Positions 10,401 to 17,743 of a stretch of DNA of 64,000 bases are shown one piece after another. Within the stretch, counting starts at the first letter, position 1. The number at the start of each line of letters is the position of its first letter. The stretch covers positions 371,680 through 435,679 of the forward strand of contig OZ251518.1 of the NCBI GenBank assembly GCA_965242965.1, written 5' to 3'. Origin of the DNA: Candidatus Poribacteria bacterium (GTDB lineage Bacteria > Poribacteria > WGA-4E > WGA-3G). The position numbers and the translations under genes are program-made. The notes under the pieces were generated by a model. It saw only the letters and a program-made list of their open reading frames with translations, had not been told where the DNA came from and made no database searches.

Positions 10401-10886
10401 TTGGCCGTCAATGGCTATCGTCGCCAGATCGAGCATTGCGATACGTTCGGCGGCGGTGCGGAGTTTTTCATCGGGCGCGACAGTGATGCGCCGGAATCGG
10501 TGGCGTGCCTTGTGTTTCTTGCTTGCCTCGCGGACGAGTGTGACGTTGACGAAGTGCCAGTGGTCTTGCGCAATATTGCTAAAGATGTAGAGCGCGTGCG
10601 GGAAGCGCGTCTGCAAGTGCGCGATGACGCGGCGTTCGGCGGTCTTGCGGGGTGTTTCGGTATTGAGGCGCGCGTATATGATGTGAAAGTCGTTATCCCT
10701 ACCCCCGGCGGCAAAGCGTCGCGGTGCCTCGGCGAGGCAGTCGGCGATGGCTTCCGGGATGTTCTCAATCGGTTCATCGATGCGGTGATAATTGAGTTCT
10801 ACCCAAAAGAGTTCGCGCAGGGGTTCGATGCCGCGGAGGTTTTGTAGCAGAGTTAAGATGCGTTCGGTGTTTTCGGGTGTTGGCAT
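7383..10886 (-). CDS. Large gamma-class N6-adenine DNA methyltransferase, 1167 aa (Type IIG / BREX PglX / DISARM DrmMI-like). The true C-terminus is probably in the 7277..7465 frame.
   Basis: Motif X AGIFYTPR, motif I VLDPACGSGSFLV, motif IV IENPPY. A long N-terminal region precedes the MTase core. The C(9) run at 7453..7461 sits at the frame junction. Confidence 0.75.
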   Translation of the reverse strand: MPTPENTERILTLLQNLRGIEPLRELFWVELNYHRIDEPIENIPEAIADCLAEAPRRFAAGGRDNDFHIIYARLNTETPRKTAERRVIAHLQTRFPHALYIFSNIAQDHWHFVNVTLVREASKKHKARHRFRRITVAPDEKLRTAAERIAMLDLATIAIDGQQESLFPNPELLTPLQITKQHDAAFDVDAVTAQFFADYQRVFRNLQTELETQTADKKWAHDAAQQFLSRCLFLYFIQRKRWLGNDTDFLHTFWQAYQNATQPADTFVAKWLNVLFFAAFNQKFHGGYRYFPDNIRETLQHAPYLNGGLFRENEWDTEYATTIPDDLWRDIFQFFEGYNFTIAEDTPLEQEVAVDPEMIGKVYESLVSVSAETDERGDAGIFYTPRIEIDMMCRLALVDNLANHIGEAHKHQFYAALFTFDETEKEDADAHLAAQWGDIATHLNRLTVLDPACGSGSFLVGMLHILDDLGERAARHLGASVTSRFERRKAIIGKNLYGVDVMPWACKVAELRLWLALIIEAEISTAELQIREEPLLPDFSFNIRHGDSLVQDIGGMNLAQTRALGSGVPTDISRKIVFHQTEKLKFYHNERERKYREKADVQRAENLLFRETLQSQESQILEGIAGLQEWLEDPAEQLTLDGIEKPQAAQLDLATRQKQQELALQQANLNNLQRAQHALTSDAVPPFVWDIAFVEIFKQYGGFDIVIENPPYVSTKKLTDPTLARDAVTPANTKAYKAKLARSVYQAFPAFFGYQPEKDTKENPASAVKHKLDGNSDLYVYFYFHGLSLLNPKGTFCTITSRSWLDADFGKDLQEFLLKRCHLKLVLDNAARRSFKAVNINTAICLISAPVRDSASGLQDIVRFVNFTEPFEAILDPVIFYEIETEIQRNALPEYRIHLLSQDALLAAGMDAKTKYTGNKWGAKYLRAPDIYWTLLEKGSDKLVRVGDIAQIRRGIMSGANQFFILDAETISAWHIEPEFLHPIVNDRRVTESLLIRPEQSPHQLFLCQKEREALRGTAALAYIESGESQKLPQRPSIRSRRRWYDVGKRPPPYMSFAHRMRSTAKTLYASEGCYVTGKFMELQCALELRIPLCFSLNSTFFQLMVNVNGRSNLGYGELELQTSDLGELRCVNPNLTDMNFEGGGKCIPPRIRRMGRFIAFTGAHRD

Positions 10887-10961
10887 GCCGTTGTCTCCGA
10901 TTCTTAAGGTTTACGATATTATAGGAGAAAAGCGGATTTTAAGTCAAGGAATTTCATGATC

Positions 10962-11140
10962 GGCATGGCGAGGGACAGGCCCTCGCCCTACGGGAAAACG
11001 GACCGTTCCGGATACCGTAGCGCGGGGGCCTGTCCCCCGCGAGCGTTCAGTAGACCGGAGCCTGGCGAGGGACAGGCCCTCGCCCTACGGTGTTCGATGC
11101 GGTTTCAGCATGGCGAGGGACAGGCCCTCGCCCTACGGGG
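10962..11140. repeat. REP cluster (family 1, four or more hairpins)
   Basis: GGCGAGGGACAGGCCCTCGCCCTACGG units read directly. Confidence 0.85.
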
Positions 11141-11142
11141 AA

Positions 11143-12333
11143 TTAGAAGACCTCGCCCATCGATTTTTCGACGATGTTCACCGCTTCTTCAACATGCCCT
11201 GTGTTGATATTGAGCGGTGGCAGGAACCGAAGGACATAATCGTTGGTGCAGATGGTGACGAGCCCGTTTTCGATGCACTTGGCGGCGAGAGGTTTCGCGT
11301 CCACTTCCATCACCATGCCGCGCAGCAACCCTTTCCCGCGCACTTCCTTGACAGGATATTTCCCCTTGAGTTCCAGCAACCCGCCGGCGAGGTAATTCCC
11401 CATTTTCACGGCGTTGCTGGCGAGATTCTCGTCCAAGATGGTCTGCACGGTTGCGCGAGCCGCTGCTGTGACAAGCGGGTTTCCGCCGAACGTCGCTGCG
11501 TGTGTGCCGGGGACGAAGCTGGCGGCTATCTCACGTTTCGCGAGCATTGCGCCGATAGGGACACCGCTGCCGAGTGCCTTCGCCATCGTGATGACATCGG
11601 GGACAACGCCGTAACTCTGGTAGCCGAAGAAGGTGCCGAGTCGCCCCATCGCCGTTTGCACCTCGTCGAAAATGAGGAGCAGGTTATGTTTATCGCACAG
11701 TTCGCGGAGCCCCTGCAGGTAACCGTCGCTAGGGATGTTGACTCCACCTTCGGACTGAATCGGCTCTACCAATATCGCGCAGGTTTTCTCGTTGATAGCG
11801 GATTCGGTTGCGGGCAAATCATCAAACGGCACGTAGGTGAAGCCTTCCAGCATCGGTTCAAACCCGACGTGGTATTTCGTCTGCGCCGTGGCGGTGATGG
11901 TTGCCATCGTTCGCCCGTGGAACGAATTCTCCATCGTGATGATTTCGTAGGCATCCGGTCTGCCGCTGTCTTTGGCGAATTTGCGCGCCAGTTTAATGGC
12001 TGCTTCGTTCGCCTCCGCGCCGCTGTTGCAGAAGAACACCTGGTCCATGTCGGAATTCTCCACTAACATCTTCGCCAATTCTGCCTGCGGTTGGATGTAG
12101 TAGAGGTTGGAGGTGTGCAGCAGTTTGCCTGCCTGCTCCTGAATAGCGGCGACGACGTTCGGATGGCAGTGCCCGAGTCCGTTGACGGCGAGTCCGCCGA
12201 GGAAATCGAGATACTGCTTGCCTTCGGCATCCCAGAGATAGGGTCCTTCGCCTTTGACGAAAGCGAGGTTTCTGTCGCCGTAGGTATTAATGATGTATTC
12301 TGTCGCCATCGTTTTGATTTCAGCGGTTGTCAT
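11143..12333 (-). CDS. argD: Class III (acetylornithine/ArgD-like) PLP aminotransferase, 397 aa. The ORF-caller extension to 12741 is not coding.
   Basis: MTTAEIK start with RBS AGGAGA. LGHCHP, VFFCNSGAEANEAAIKLARK and DEVQTAMGRLG motifs typical of ArgD-type aminotransferases. Confidence 0.7.
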   Translation of the reverse strand: MTTAEIKTMATEYIINTYGDRNLAFVKGEGPYLWDAEGKQYLDFLGGLAVNGLGHCHPNVVAAIQEQAGKLLHTSNLYYIQPQAELAKMLVENSDMDQVFFCNSGAEANEAAIKLARKFAKDSGRPDAYEIITMENSFHGRTMATITATAQTKYHVGFEPMLEGFTYVPFDDLPATESAINEKTCAILVEPIQSEGGVNIPSDGYLQGLRELCDKHNLLLIFDEVQTAMGRLGTFFGYQSYGVVPDVITMAKALGSGVPIGAMLAKREIAASFVPGTHAATFGGNPLVTAAARATVQTILDENLASNAVKMGNYLAGGLLELKGKYPVKEVRGKGLLRGMVMEVDAKPLAAKCIENGLVTICTNDYVLRFLPPLNINTGHVEEAVNIVEKSMGEVF

Positions 12334-12375
12334 GAAAATTTCTCCTTCGGGACCTGCAGGTCCCGTTGATAAAAA

Positions 12376-12410
12376 ATGTGCGGGTAGGCGCGCGTGGAAA
12401 GCGCGCCCAC
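12376..12410. terminator. GC-rich hairpin CGGGTAGGCGCGC-GTGGAAA-GCGCGCCCAC. It belongs to a small hairpin family also seen at 17720..17745 and 37515..37545.
   Basis: Read directly. Lies between the argD-like start and the dehydratase stop. No T-run, so its terminator role is uncertain. Confidence 0.3.
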
Positions 12411-12424
12411 GGGCTGAATCAGTT

Positions 12425-13561
12425 CTACCAGTTGGTATAGGCACCGTCGTCACGGTGATAGCCAGTCGGCGGGCCATATTCTTGGGTTGAGACGTTCGTG
12501 ATCGCGTCTTCGTTGAATTCAATGCCGAGCCCCGGTGCTTCGGGCGGCAAGAGATGTCCCGATTCAAACGGCACTTGCACCGGAAATACATCGGTGAGAT
12601 CGGACATCGGTGCGCGCGGCAATTCTTGCACGCCGACGAGTGAAGAGGACAGACAGAGATGCAGACACGCCGCTGCGGATACTGGCCCCAACGGGTTGTG
12701 CGGTGCGAGGTGGATGTAGTGCGTTTCACACCAGCCTGCAACTTTCTTCGCTTCTGTTAACCCGCCGACGATGCACACGTCAACGCGGCAGTAATCGAGC
12801 AGTTCTTCCTCGATTACCTCTCGGAATGCCCACTTGCTGTCGAATTGTTCACCGATGGCGAGTGGCACCGAGGTTTGCTGTCGTATGCGCCGGAGACTAG
12901 CGGGGTTTTCGCTGCGAAGCGGGTCCTCGATGAAAAACGGGTGGTAAGTTTCCACCTTATTGCAGAATTCGAGACTATCCACCGGATCGAGGCGGGTATG
13001 CACATCGATAAGGATTTCCACATCGTCTCCGAGTGCTTGCCGCACGGCTTGCGCCTGCGCGAGTCCGTGTTGCACGGCGCGTCGCGGTTCAAAGTTGCCG
13101 GCGGCACCGGTATCATCGGCGAGTCCCCATCGGACGAATTTCCAGCCGGCGGCGTGGGTTTGGCGGCAGTTTTCGACGAGTGCGTCAATTGAGCCGCCGC
13201 CGTTGTGCGGATAGCAGGCGACTTTATCGCGTGTGCGCCCGCCGAGAAGTTCATAGACAGGGACGTTCAGGGCTTTGCCTTTGATGTCCCAAAGGGCAAT
13301 ATCGACGGCACTGACAGCGGCGGATTGAACGACACCGCCGGGGAAGAAGCCGCCTCGGAACATCACCTGCCACAGGTGCTCAATCCGAAACGGATCTGCG
13401 CCGATGAGGAACGGTTCAAACGAGCGGACAACTTCTGCGAGGGCGAGTGAGCGTCGTCTTAAGCCGCCTTCGCCGACTCCGTAAATGCCGGCATCCGTTT
13501 CGACTTTGACGAAGAAATGTCCGGATGCCGAGACAAAGGATTTGACGTTGGTAATTTTCAT
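12425..13561 (-). CDS. Enolase-superfamily dehydratase (D-galactonate/D-mannonate dehydratase-like)
   Basis: N-terminus MKITNVKSF...FVKVETDAGIYGVGEG resembles DgoD/ManD. Enolase-superfamily metal-ligand region IDVHTRL...FIEDP. Confidence 0.65.
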   Translation of the reverse strand: MKITNVKSFVSASGHFFVKVETDAGIYGVGEGGLRRRSLALAEVVRSFEPFLIGADPFRIEHLWQVMFRGGFFPGGVVQSAAVSAVDIALWDIKGKALNVPVYELLGGRTRDKVACYPHNGGGSIDALVENCRQTHAAGWKFVRWGLADDTGAAGNFEPRRAVQHGLAQAQAVRQALGDDVEILIDVHTRLDPVDSLEFCNKVETYHPFFIEDPLRSENPASLRRIRQQTSVPLAIGEQFDSKWAFREVIEEELLDYCRVDVCIVGGLTEAKKVAGWCETHYIHLAPHNPLGPVSAAACLHLCLSSSLVGVQELPRAPMSDLTDVFPVQVPFESGHLLPPEAPGLGIEFNEDAITNVSTQEYGPPTGYHRDDGAYTNW

Positions 13562-13603
13562 CAATTTTCCTCCTTAGTTAATCAGTGTGTTTCATAAATC
13601 GTT

Positions 13604-13790
13604 CAACGGCGCGGGGATAGGCTCCCGCGCTACGATAAAAAACGCCATCCCTCACCGTAGGGCGAGGGCCTGTCCCTCGCCATGCGTTTTGCTGTCAGAC
13701 CGCCTCACCCCTGTAGGTCAGGATCGCCTGATCCTGACCTGTTTGTGATTAGGCGATCACAAACTACAGAGGTGGGCCCGATGCGCGCCT
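13604..13790. repeat. REP cluster (family 1 plus family 2 double hairpin 13706..13767)
   Basis: Direct reading. Confidence 0.85.
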
Positions 13791-13834
13791 CCAAGGGAGA
13801 TAACTACCGAAACGGAGTTAGGAAACACCCCCAG

Positions 13835-14563
13835 TTAATCAGTATGTGCGAATTGCGGTGCCGTTTCCAATTCCGATGCTTTGGTTTGCGTGTTGACATC
13901 TTCACATCCCGGTGGTTGTGCGCCGCGTATCCAGGGTTTCGGGCGTTTTTCCCATGGCAGTTTCGTGAAGCCGAGCCATCGGCAGAGGCGCGGGATATGT
14001 CCAGGGCGCGCAATACGGAGATGCTCAATCTCCGGCACGATGATAGGCACTACTTCCCAGCGTCCATCGGGATAGGCGGCATTTTCCCGGTGTCGCGCGA
14101 TGGGGTTAGGTTTCGGTATGTCGGTGTTTTTGAGCACCAAGGTTTCTATGTGTCGTTCGATGGCGAGTGCTGCTTTTGCATGGACTTCCATTGCGGTTTT
14201 GCCGTGTGCGGTGCAGCCGGGCAAATCTGGAACGCTGAGCCGGTAATGCCTCCGCCGTTTGCGGGTTATCAAGACCGGATAGTGGCGTAGTTCGGGCATC
14301 GTTATCGTCACGGTGTCCCACTGCAGTGCATCGGCATATCCCGGGTCGTTCTGATGGTAGGCGATGTCCTGGGGTTCAGGAATCGGATCATCTTCAAGCA
14401 TCATGCTTTCAAGATGTCCTTCGATTGCTTCCACGGCGCGCGTCAGCACCTGCTCTACGGTGTCTGCTGCAGTAATGCACCCTGGCAAATCGGGGACGAC
14501 GATGCCGTAGATGCTGCCCGGGTCTTTGAAAATCGCAACAGGATATTGCATAAAAGTTTTCAT
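13835..14563 (-). CDS. hicB: HicB-family antitoxin with two tandem HicB/UPF0150 domains (copy 1)
   Basis: YPVAIFKDPGSIYGIVVPDLPGC..A.TVEQVLTRAVEAIEGHLE repeated twice within the protein. Three paralogous copies in tandem. Confidence 0.75.
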   Translation of the reverse strand: MKTFMQYPVAIFKDPGSIYGIVVPDLPGCITAADTVEQVLTRAVEAIEGHLESMMLEDDPIPEPQDIAYHQNDPGYADALQWDTVTITMPELRHYPVLITRKRRRHYRLSVPDLPGCTAHGKTAMEVHAKAALAIERHIETLVLKNTDIPKPNPIARHRENAAYPDGRWEVVPIIVPEIEHLRIARPGHIPRLCRWLGFTKLPWEKRPKPWIRGAQPPGCEDVNTQTKASELETAPQFAHTD

Positions 14564-14632
14564 ATCTCCAACTCCGAGTTTCTAATTTCTTGTCTTAAGG
14601 TAGACAGTTTGGTAGAGACCTCATCAGTTGTT

Positions 14633-14863
14633 TTAGTTCCACTTCCATCCGGCTTGTTCATAGATACTTCGCACCGTCCCGATCGGTATGTCTTTGTTTG
14701 GATGTGGAACAGATACCGTGCCTGACTTGTCGGTGTGCCTGAATTGATGGTGAGATCCTTTGATGCGATGTAGGAACCATCCTTCGCTTTCAAGCTGCTT
14801 TATCATGCGTCGCGAGTCTCGGAGACGTTTCCAACTGGGCCGCTTCGATTTGCGATGTTTCAT
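14633..14863 (-). CDS. hicA: HicA-family mRNA interferase toxin (copy 1)
   Basis: LESEGWFLHRIKGSHHQFRHTDKSGTVSVPHPNKDIPIGTVRSI matches the HicA/YcfA signature. Confidence 0.8.
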   Translation of the reverse strand: MKHRKSKRPSWKRLRDSRRMIKQLESEGWFLHRIKGSHHQFRHTDKSGTVSVPHPNKDIPIGTVRSIYEQAGWKWN

Positions 14864-14875
14864 CTGTCCCCGGCG

Positions 14876-15589
14876 TTAAGCCTTGGCGTGTTCCGGTAGC
14901 ATCCCTTCGTTTTCGGCGGTGCTGTCGGTTTCCGGTGGTTGTGCGCCGCGTATCCAGGGTTTCGGGCGTTTCTCCCATGGCAGTTTCGTGAACCCGAGCC
15001 ATCGACAGAGGCGCGGGATACGGCCAGGGCGCGCAATACGGAGATGCTCGATCTCCGGCACGATGATAGGCACCACTTCCCAATGTCCATCGGGACATGC
15101 AGCATTTCCTCGGTGTTGCGCGATGGGGTTGGGTTTCGGTATGTCCCTATTTTTGAGTATTCGTGCTTCCATGTGTCGTTCAATGGCGAGTGCTGCTTTT
15201 GCATGGACTTCCATTGCGGTTTTGCCACGCGCGGTACAGTCGGGCAAATCTGGGACGCTGAGCCGATAGTGCTTCCGCCGTTTGCGGGTTATCAAGACAG
15301 GATAGTGGCGCAGTTCTGGAAACGCTACCGTTACCTCCTCCCACTGCCCCCCAGCATATTCTGGATATGCCGGATTGTTCTGATGGTAGGCGATGTCCTT
15401 AGGTTCGGGAATCGCATCTCCATCAATTAACATGCCGCCGAGATGACATTTAATCGCTTCCACGGCCTGGGTCAGAACGTCCTCGACTGTATCGCCCCAG
15501 GTATAACACCCAGGTAAGTCTGGAACAATTACGCCGTAGTCGCTATCCGGGTCTTTGTGGATGACAATCGGATACCTAAAGATTTTCAT
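14876..15589 (-). CDS. hicB: HicB-family antitoxin, tandem-domain (copy 2)
   Basis: Paralog of 13835..14563. Confidence 0.75.
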   Translation of the reverse strand: MKIFRYPIVIHKDPDSDYGVIVPDLPGCYTWGDTVEDVLTQAVEAIKCHLGGMLIDGDAIPEPKDIAYHQNNPAYPEYAGGQWEEVTVAFPELRHYPVLITRKRRKHYRLSVPDLPDCTARGKTAMEVHAKAALAIERHMEARILKNRDIPKPNPIAQHRGNAACPDGHWEVVPIIVPEIEHLRIARPGRIPRLCRWLGFTKLPWEKRPKPWIRGAQPPETDSTAENEGMLPEHAKA

Positions 15590-15626
15590 AATTCTAACTC
15601 CTGTTCCTACTTGGCATTTAATGGCT

Positions 15627-15857
15627 TTAGTTCCACTCCCAGCCGGTCTGCCGATAGATATTCCGCAATGTGCTTATTGGGATATCTTTGTTTGGATGCG
15701 GCACCGAAGCTTTGCCCGGTTTGTCGGGATGTCTGAATTGATAGTGATCTCCGTTGGTTTGGACCCAGAACCATCCTTCGCTTTTAAGTTGTTTTATCAT
15801 GCGCCTTGAGTCGCGGAGGCGTTTCCAACTGGGCCGCTTCGATTTGCGATGTTTCAT
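15627..15857 (-). CDS. hicA: HicA-family toxin (copy 2; motif NGDHYQF instead of KGSHHQF)
   Basis: First 25 aa identical to copy 1, the rest divergent. Confidence 0.7.
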   Translation of the reverse strand: MKHRKSKRPSWKRLRDSRRMIKQLKSEGWFWVQTNGDHYQFRHPDKPGKASVPHPNKDIPISTLRNIYRQTGWEWN

Positions 15858-15869
15858 CTGTCCCCGGCG

Positions 15870-16568
15870 TTAAGCCTTGACGTGTTCCGGTAGCATCGCT
15901 TCGTTTTCGGCGGTGCTGTCGGTTTCCGGTGGTTGTGCGCCGCGTATCCAGGGTTTTGGGCGTTTTTCCCATGGCAGTTTCGTGAACCCGAGCCATCGGC
16001 AGAGGCGCGGGATACGCCCGGGACGCGCGATACGGAGATGCTCAATCTCCGGCACGATGATAGGCACCACTTCCCAATGTCCATCGGAATAGGCGGGATT
16101 TCCCCGGTGTTGCGCGATGGGTTTGGGTTTCGGTATGTCGGTGTTTTTGAGCACCAAGGCTTCCATGTGTCGTTCAATGGCGAGTGCTGCTTTTGCATGG
16201 ACTTCCGTTGCGGTTTTGCCGTGCGCGGTGCAGCCGGGCAAGTCCGGGACGCTGAGTTGATAGTGCTTCCGCCGTTTGCGGGTTATCAAGACCGGATAGT
16301 GGCGCAGTTCGGGTAAGGTTATGGTAACCCAATCCCACCGTTGGAAGTCGGCATAGTGCGGATTGTTTTGATGAGCGGCGATGTCCTGGGGTTCAGGAAT
16401 CAGGTCTCCATCAATCAACATGCCGCCGAGATGACATTTGATGGCTTCCACGGCTTGGATAAGCACTTCCTCAACGGTATCCGCTGCGGTAATGCATCCG
16501 GGTAAGTCCGGAACGAGGATGCAGTAATCACTATCCGGGTCTTTGTCAATCACGACAGGGTAACGCAT
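15870..16568 (-). CDS. hicB: HicB-family antitoxin, tandem-domain (copy 3)
   Basis: Paralog. RBS GGGAGGA upstream. Confidence 0.75.
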   Translation of the reverse strand: MRYPVVIDKDPDSDYCILVPDLPGCITAADTVEEVLIQAVEAIKCHLGGMLIDGDLIPEPQDIAAHQNNPHYADFQRWDWVTITLPELRHYPVLITRKRRKHYQLSVPDLPGCTAHGKTATEVHAKAALAIERHMEALVLKNTDIPKPKPIAQHRGNPAYSDGHWEVVPIIVPEIEHLRIARPGRIPRLCRWLGFTKLPWEKRPKPWIRGAQPPETDSTAENEAMLPEHVKA

Positions 16569-16638
16569 GAAACTTTCCTCCCTCTAATCATCTGTCTTGG
16601 TGTGGCCAACTTGGCATAAAGATGCCATCAATTGTGAT

Positions 16639-16869
16639 TCAATTCCACTCCCAGCCGGCCTGTCTATAGATGCTCCGCACCGCCGTTATTGACAAGTCTT
16701 TTTTAGGGTGCTGAACAGAGACTTTGCCCGGTTTGTCGGGGTGTTTGAATTGGTAGTGATCTCCGTTGGTTTGGGCCCAGAGCCATCCTTCGCTTTTGAG
16801 TTGCTTTATCATGCGCCTTGAGTCGCGGAGGCGTTTCCAACTGGGCCGCTTCGATTTGCGATGTTTCAT
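16639..16869 (-). CDS. hicA: HicA-family toxin (copy 3)
   Basis: Paralog. Its N-terminal 25 aa are identical to the other two copies. Confidence 0.7.
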   Translation of the reverse strand: MKHRKSKRPSWKRLRDSRRMIKQLKSEGWLWAQTNGDHYQFKHPDKPGKVSVQHPKKDLSITAVRSIYRQAGWEWN

Positions 16870-16887
16870 CTGTCAAAATGTTCGCGC

Positions 16888-17703
16888 CTACCCCGTCTCC
16901 AGCGTTGGAACGTTGTCCTGACAGTAAACCGGTCGGAAAAGCGTCTGGCGTTTGAACGGCATCTCAGCGAGGTGCTGCGGGTGCGGTTCCCACTTGTGCC
17001 ACTTGTTACCGACGGTATTGTAGCAGTGGAAAATCGCGACGCGGTCTGCCATCTCATCTGTCCATCTCGCGCCAGTGTGCGTAATGGCTTCCGTGAAGAC
17101 TAGCATGGAGCCTGCTGGGCACGTGTAGTCCTCCCACAGCGGCGAATCGCGGTTTTCTGTCGATTTGGGTGCGGGGAACGCGCCTTTGTGGCTGCCCGTA
17201 AGGAACATCGTGCCGCCGCGGCCTTTTTCGACAGGGTTCAGTTCCCAAACGACCCGAGTTAAGCCGCTGTGCGCCTTGTCATGGTGCAGATGATACGTAT
17301 GCGAATTGCCGGGAAAGTTGAGCATCCCGCGGCCGCCGTGCGGCCGGAAGTTATCATGTCCGTTTTCCCGAATCGTGAGAAACGTTCCTTCCAACCGAAA
17401 CCCGTAGCAATTTTCATTGGCATACCCGGATGTCAAAAACTCATTCATGAACCCGAGGACAACGGGATGATCGATGAGCGTTTCCAAAGGCCCGCCGATT
17501 GGAGAACGATGGTGTTCTGGAATCGCTTGTGGTTCTCGCTTGAGTTGATAACAGAATTCGCGCATTTCCTCGATTTCTGTTTCGCTCAGCACCGCCGGCA
17601 TCAGGAGCCAGCCGCGGGTATCAAAGAGATACCGTTGCTCCTCTGAAAGCGGCATCGGAGGTAGATTGTCTGCGTTCGTCGTCGGATGTGGCATCAGTTT
17701 CAC
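16888..17703 (-). CDS. Phytanoyl-CoA dioxygenase (PhyH) family Fe(II)/2-oxoglutarate oxygenase
   Basis: PhyH-like sequence with the HxD...H facial-triad context (HLHHDKAH, TGSHKG). Confidence 0.65.
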   Translation of the reverse strand: MKLMPHPTTNADNLPPMPLSEEQRYLFDTRGWLLMPAVLSETEIEEMREFCYQLKREPQAIPEHHRSPIGGPLETLIDHPVVLGFMNEFLTSGYANENCYGFRLEGTFLTIRENGHDNFRPHGGRGMLNFPGNSHTYHLHHDKAHSGLTRVVWELNPVEKGRGGTMFLTGSHKGAFPAPKSTENRDSPLWEDYTCPAGSMLVFTEAITHTGARWTDEMADRVAIFHCYNTVGNKWHKWEPHPQHLAEMPFKRQTLFRPVYCQDNVPTLETG

Positions 17704-17743
17704 CTTCTATTTTTTCTCAAAGATGCGCGTTCTGAAAGCGCGC

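Noticed and set aside
9984-10847. 287-aa plus-strand ORF inside the methyltransferase gene. Likewise 11110..12066 (antisense to argD-like), 25056..26333 (antisense to ADH), 27789..28697, 29614..30522, 46267..47349 (antisense to argS), 48835..49692, 49939..50589, 50593..51120, 55653..56237 and 57466..58221.
   Set aside because: Each is a long antisense ORF typical of GC-rich DNA. The opposite strand carries clear family motifs, RBS and operon logic, and these have no recognisable domains.
11143-12741. Caller's 532-aa version of the aminotransferase (and similar 5' over-extensions: 20675..22711, 27573..28694, 30620..31327, 34950..35807, 37586..38485, 38458..40323, 54715..55656, 58225..59325, 62134..63339, 48625..51813)
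   Set aside because: The upstream extensions run through repeat clusters or promoter DNA and lack RBS. Internal ATG/GTG starts with good Shine-Dalgarno sequences and conserved protein N-termini were chosen instead.
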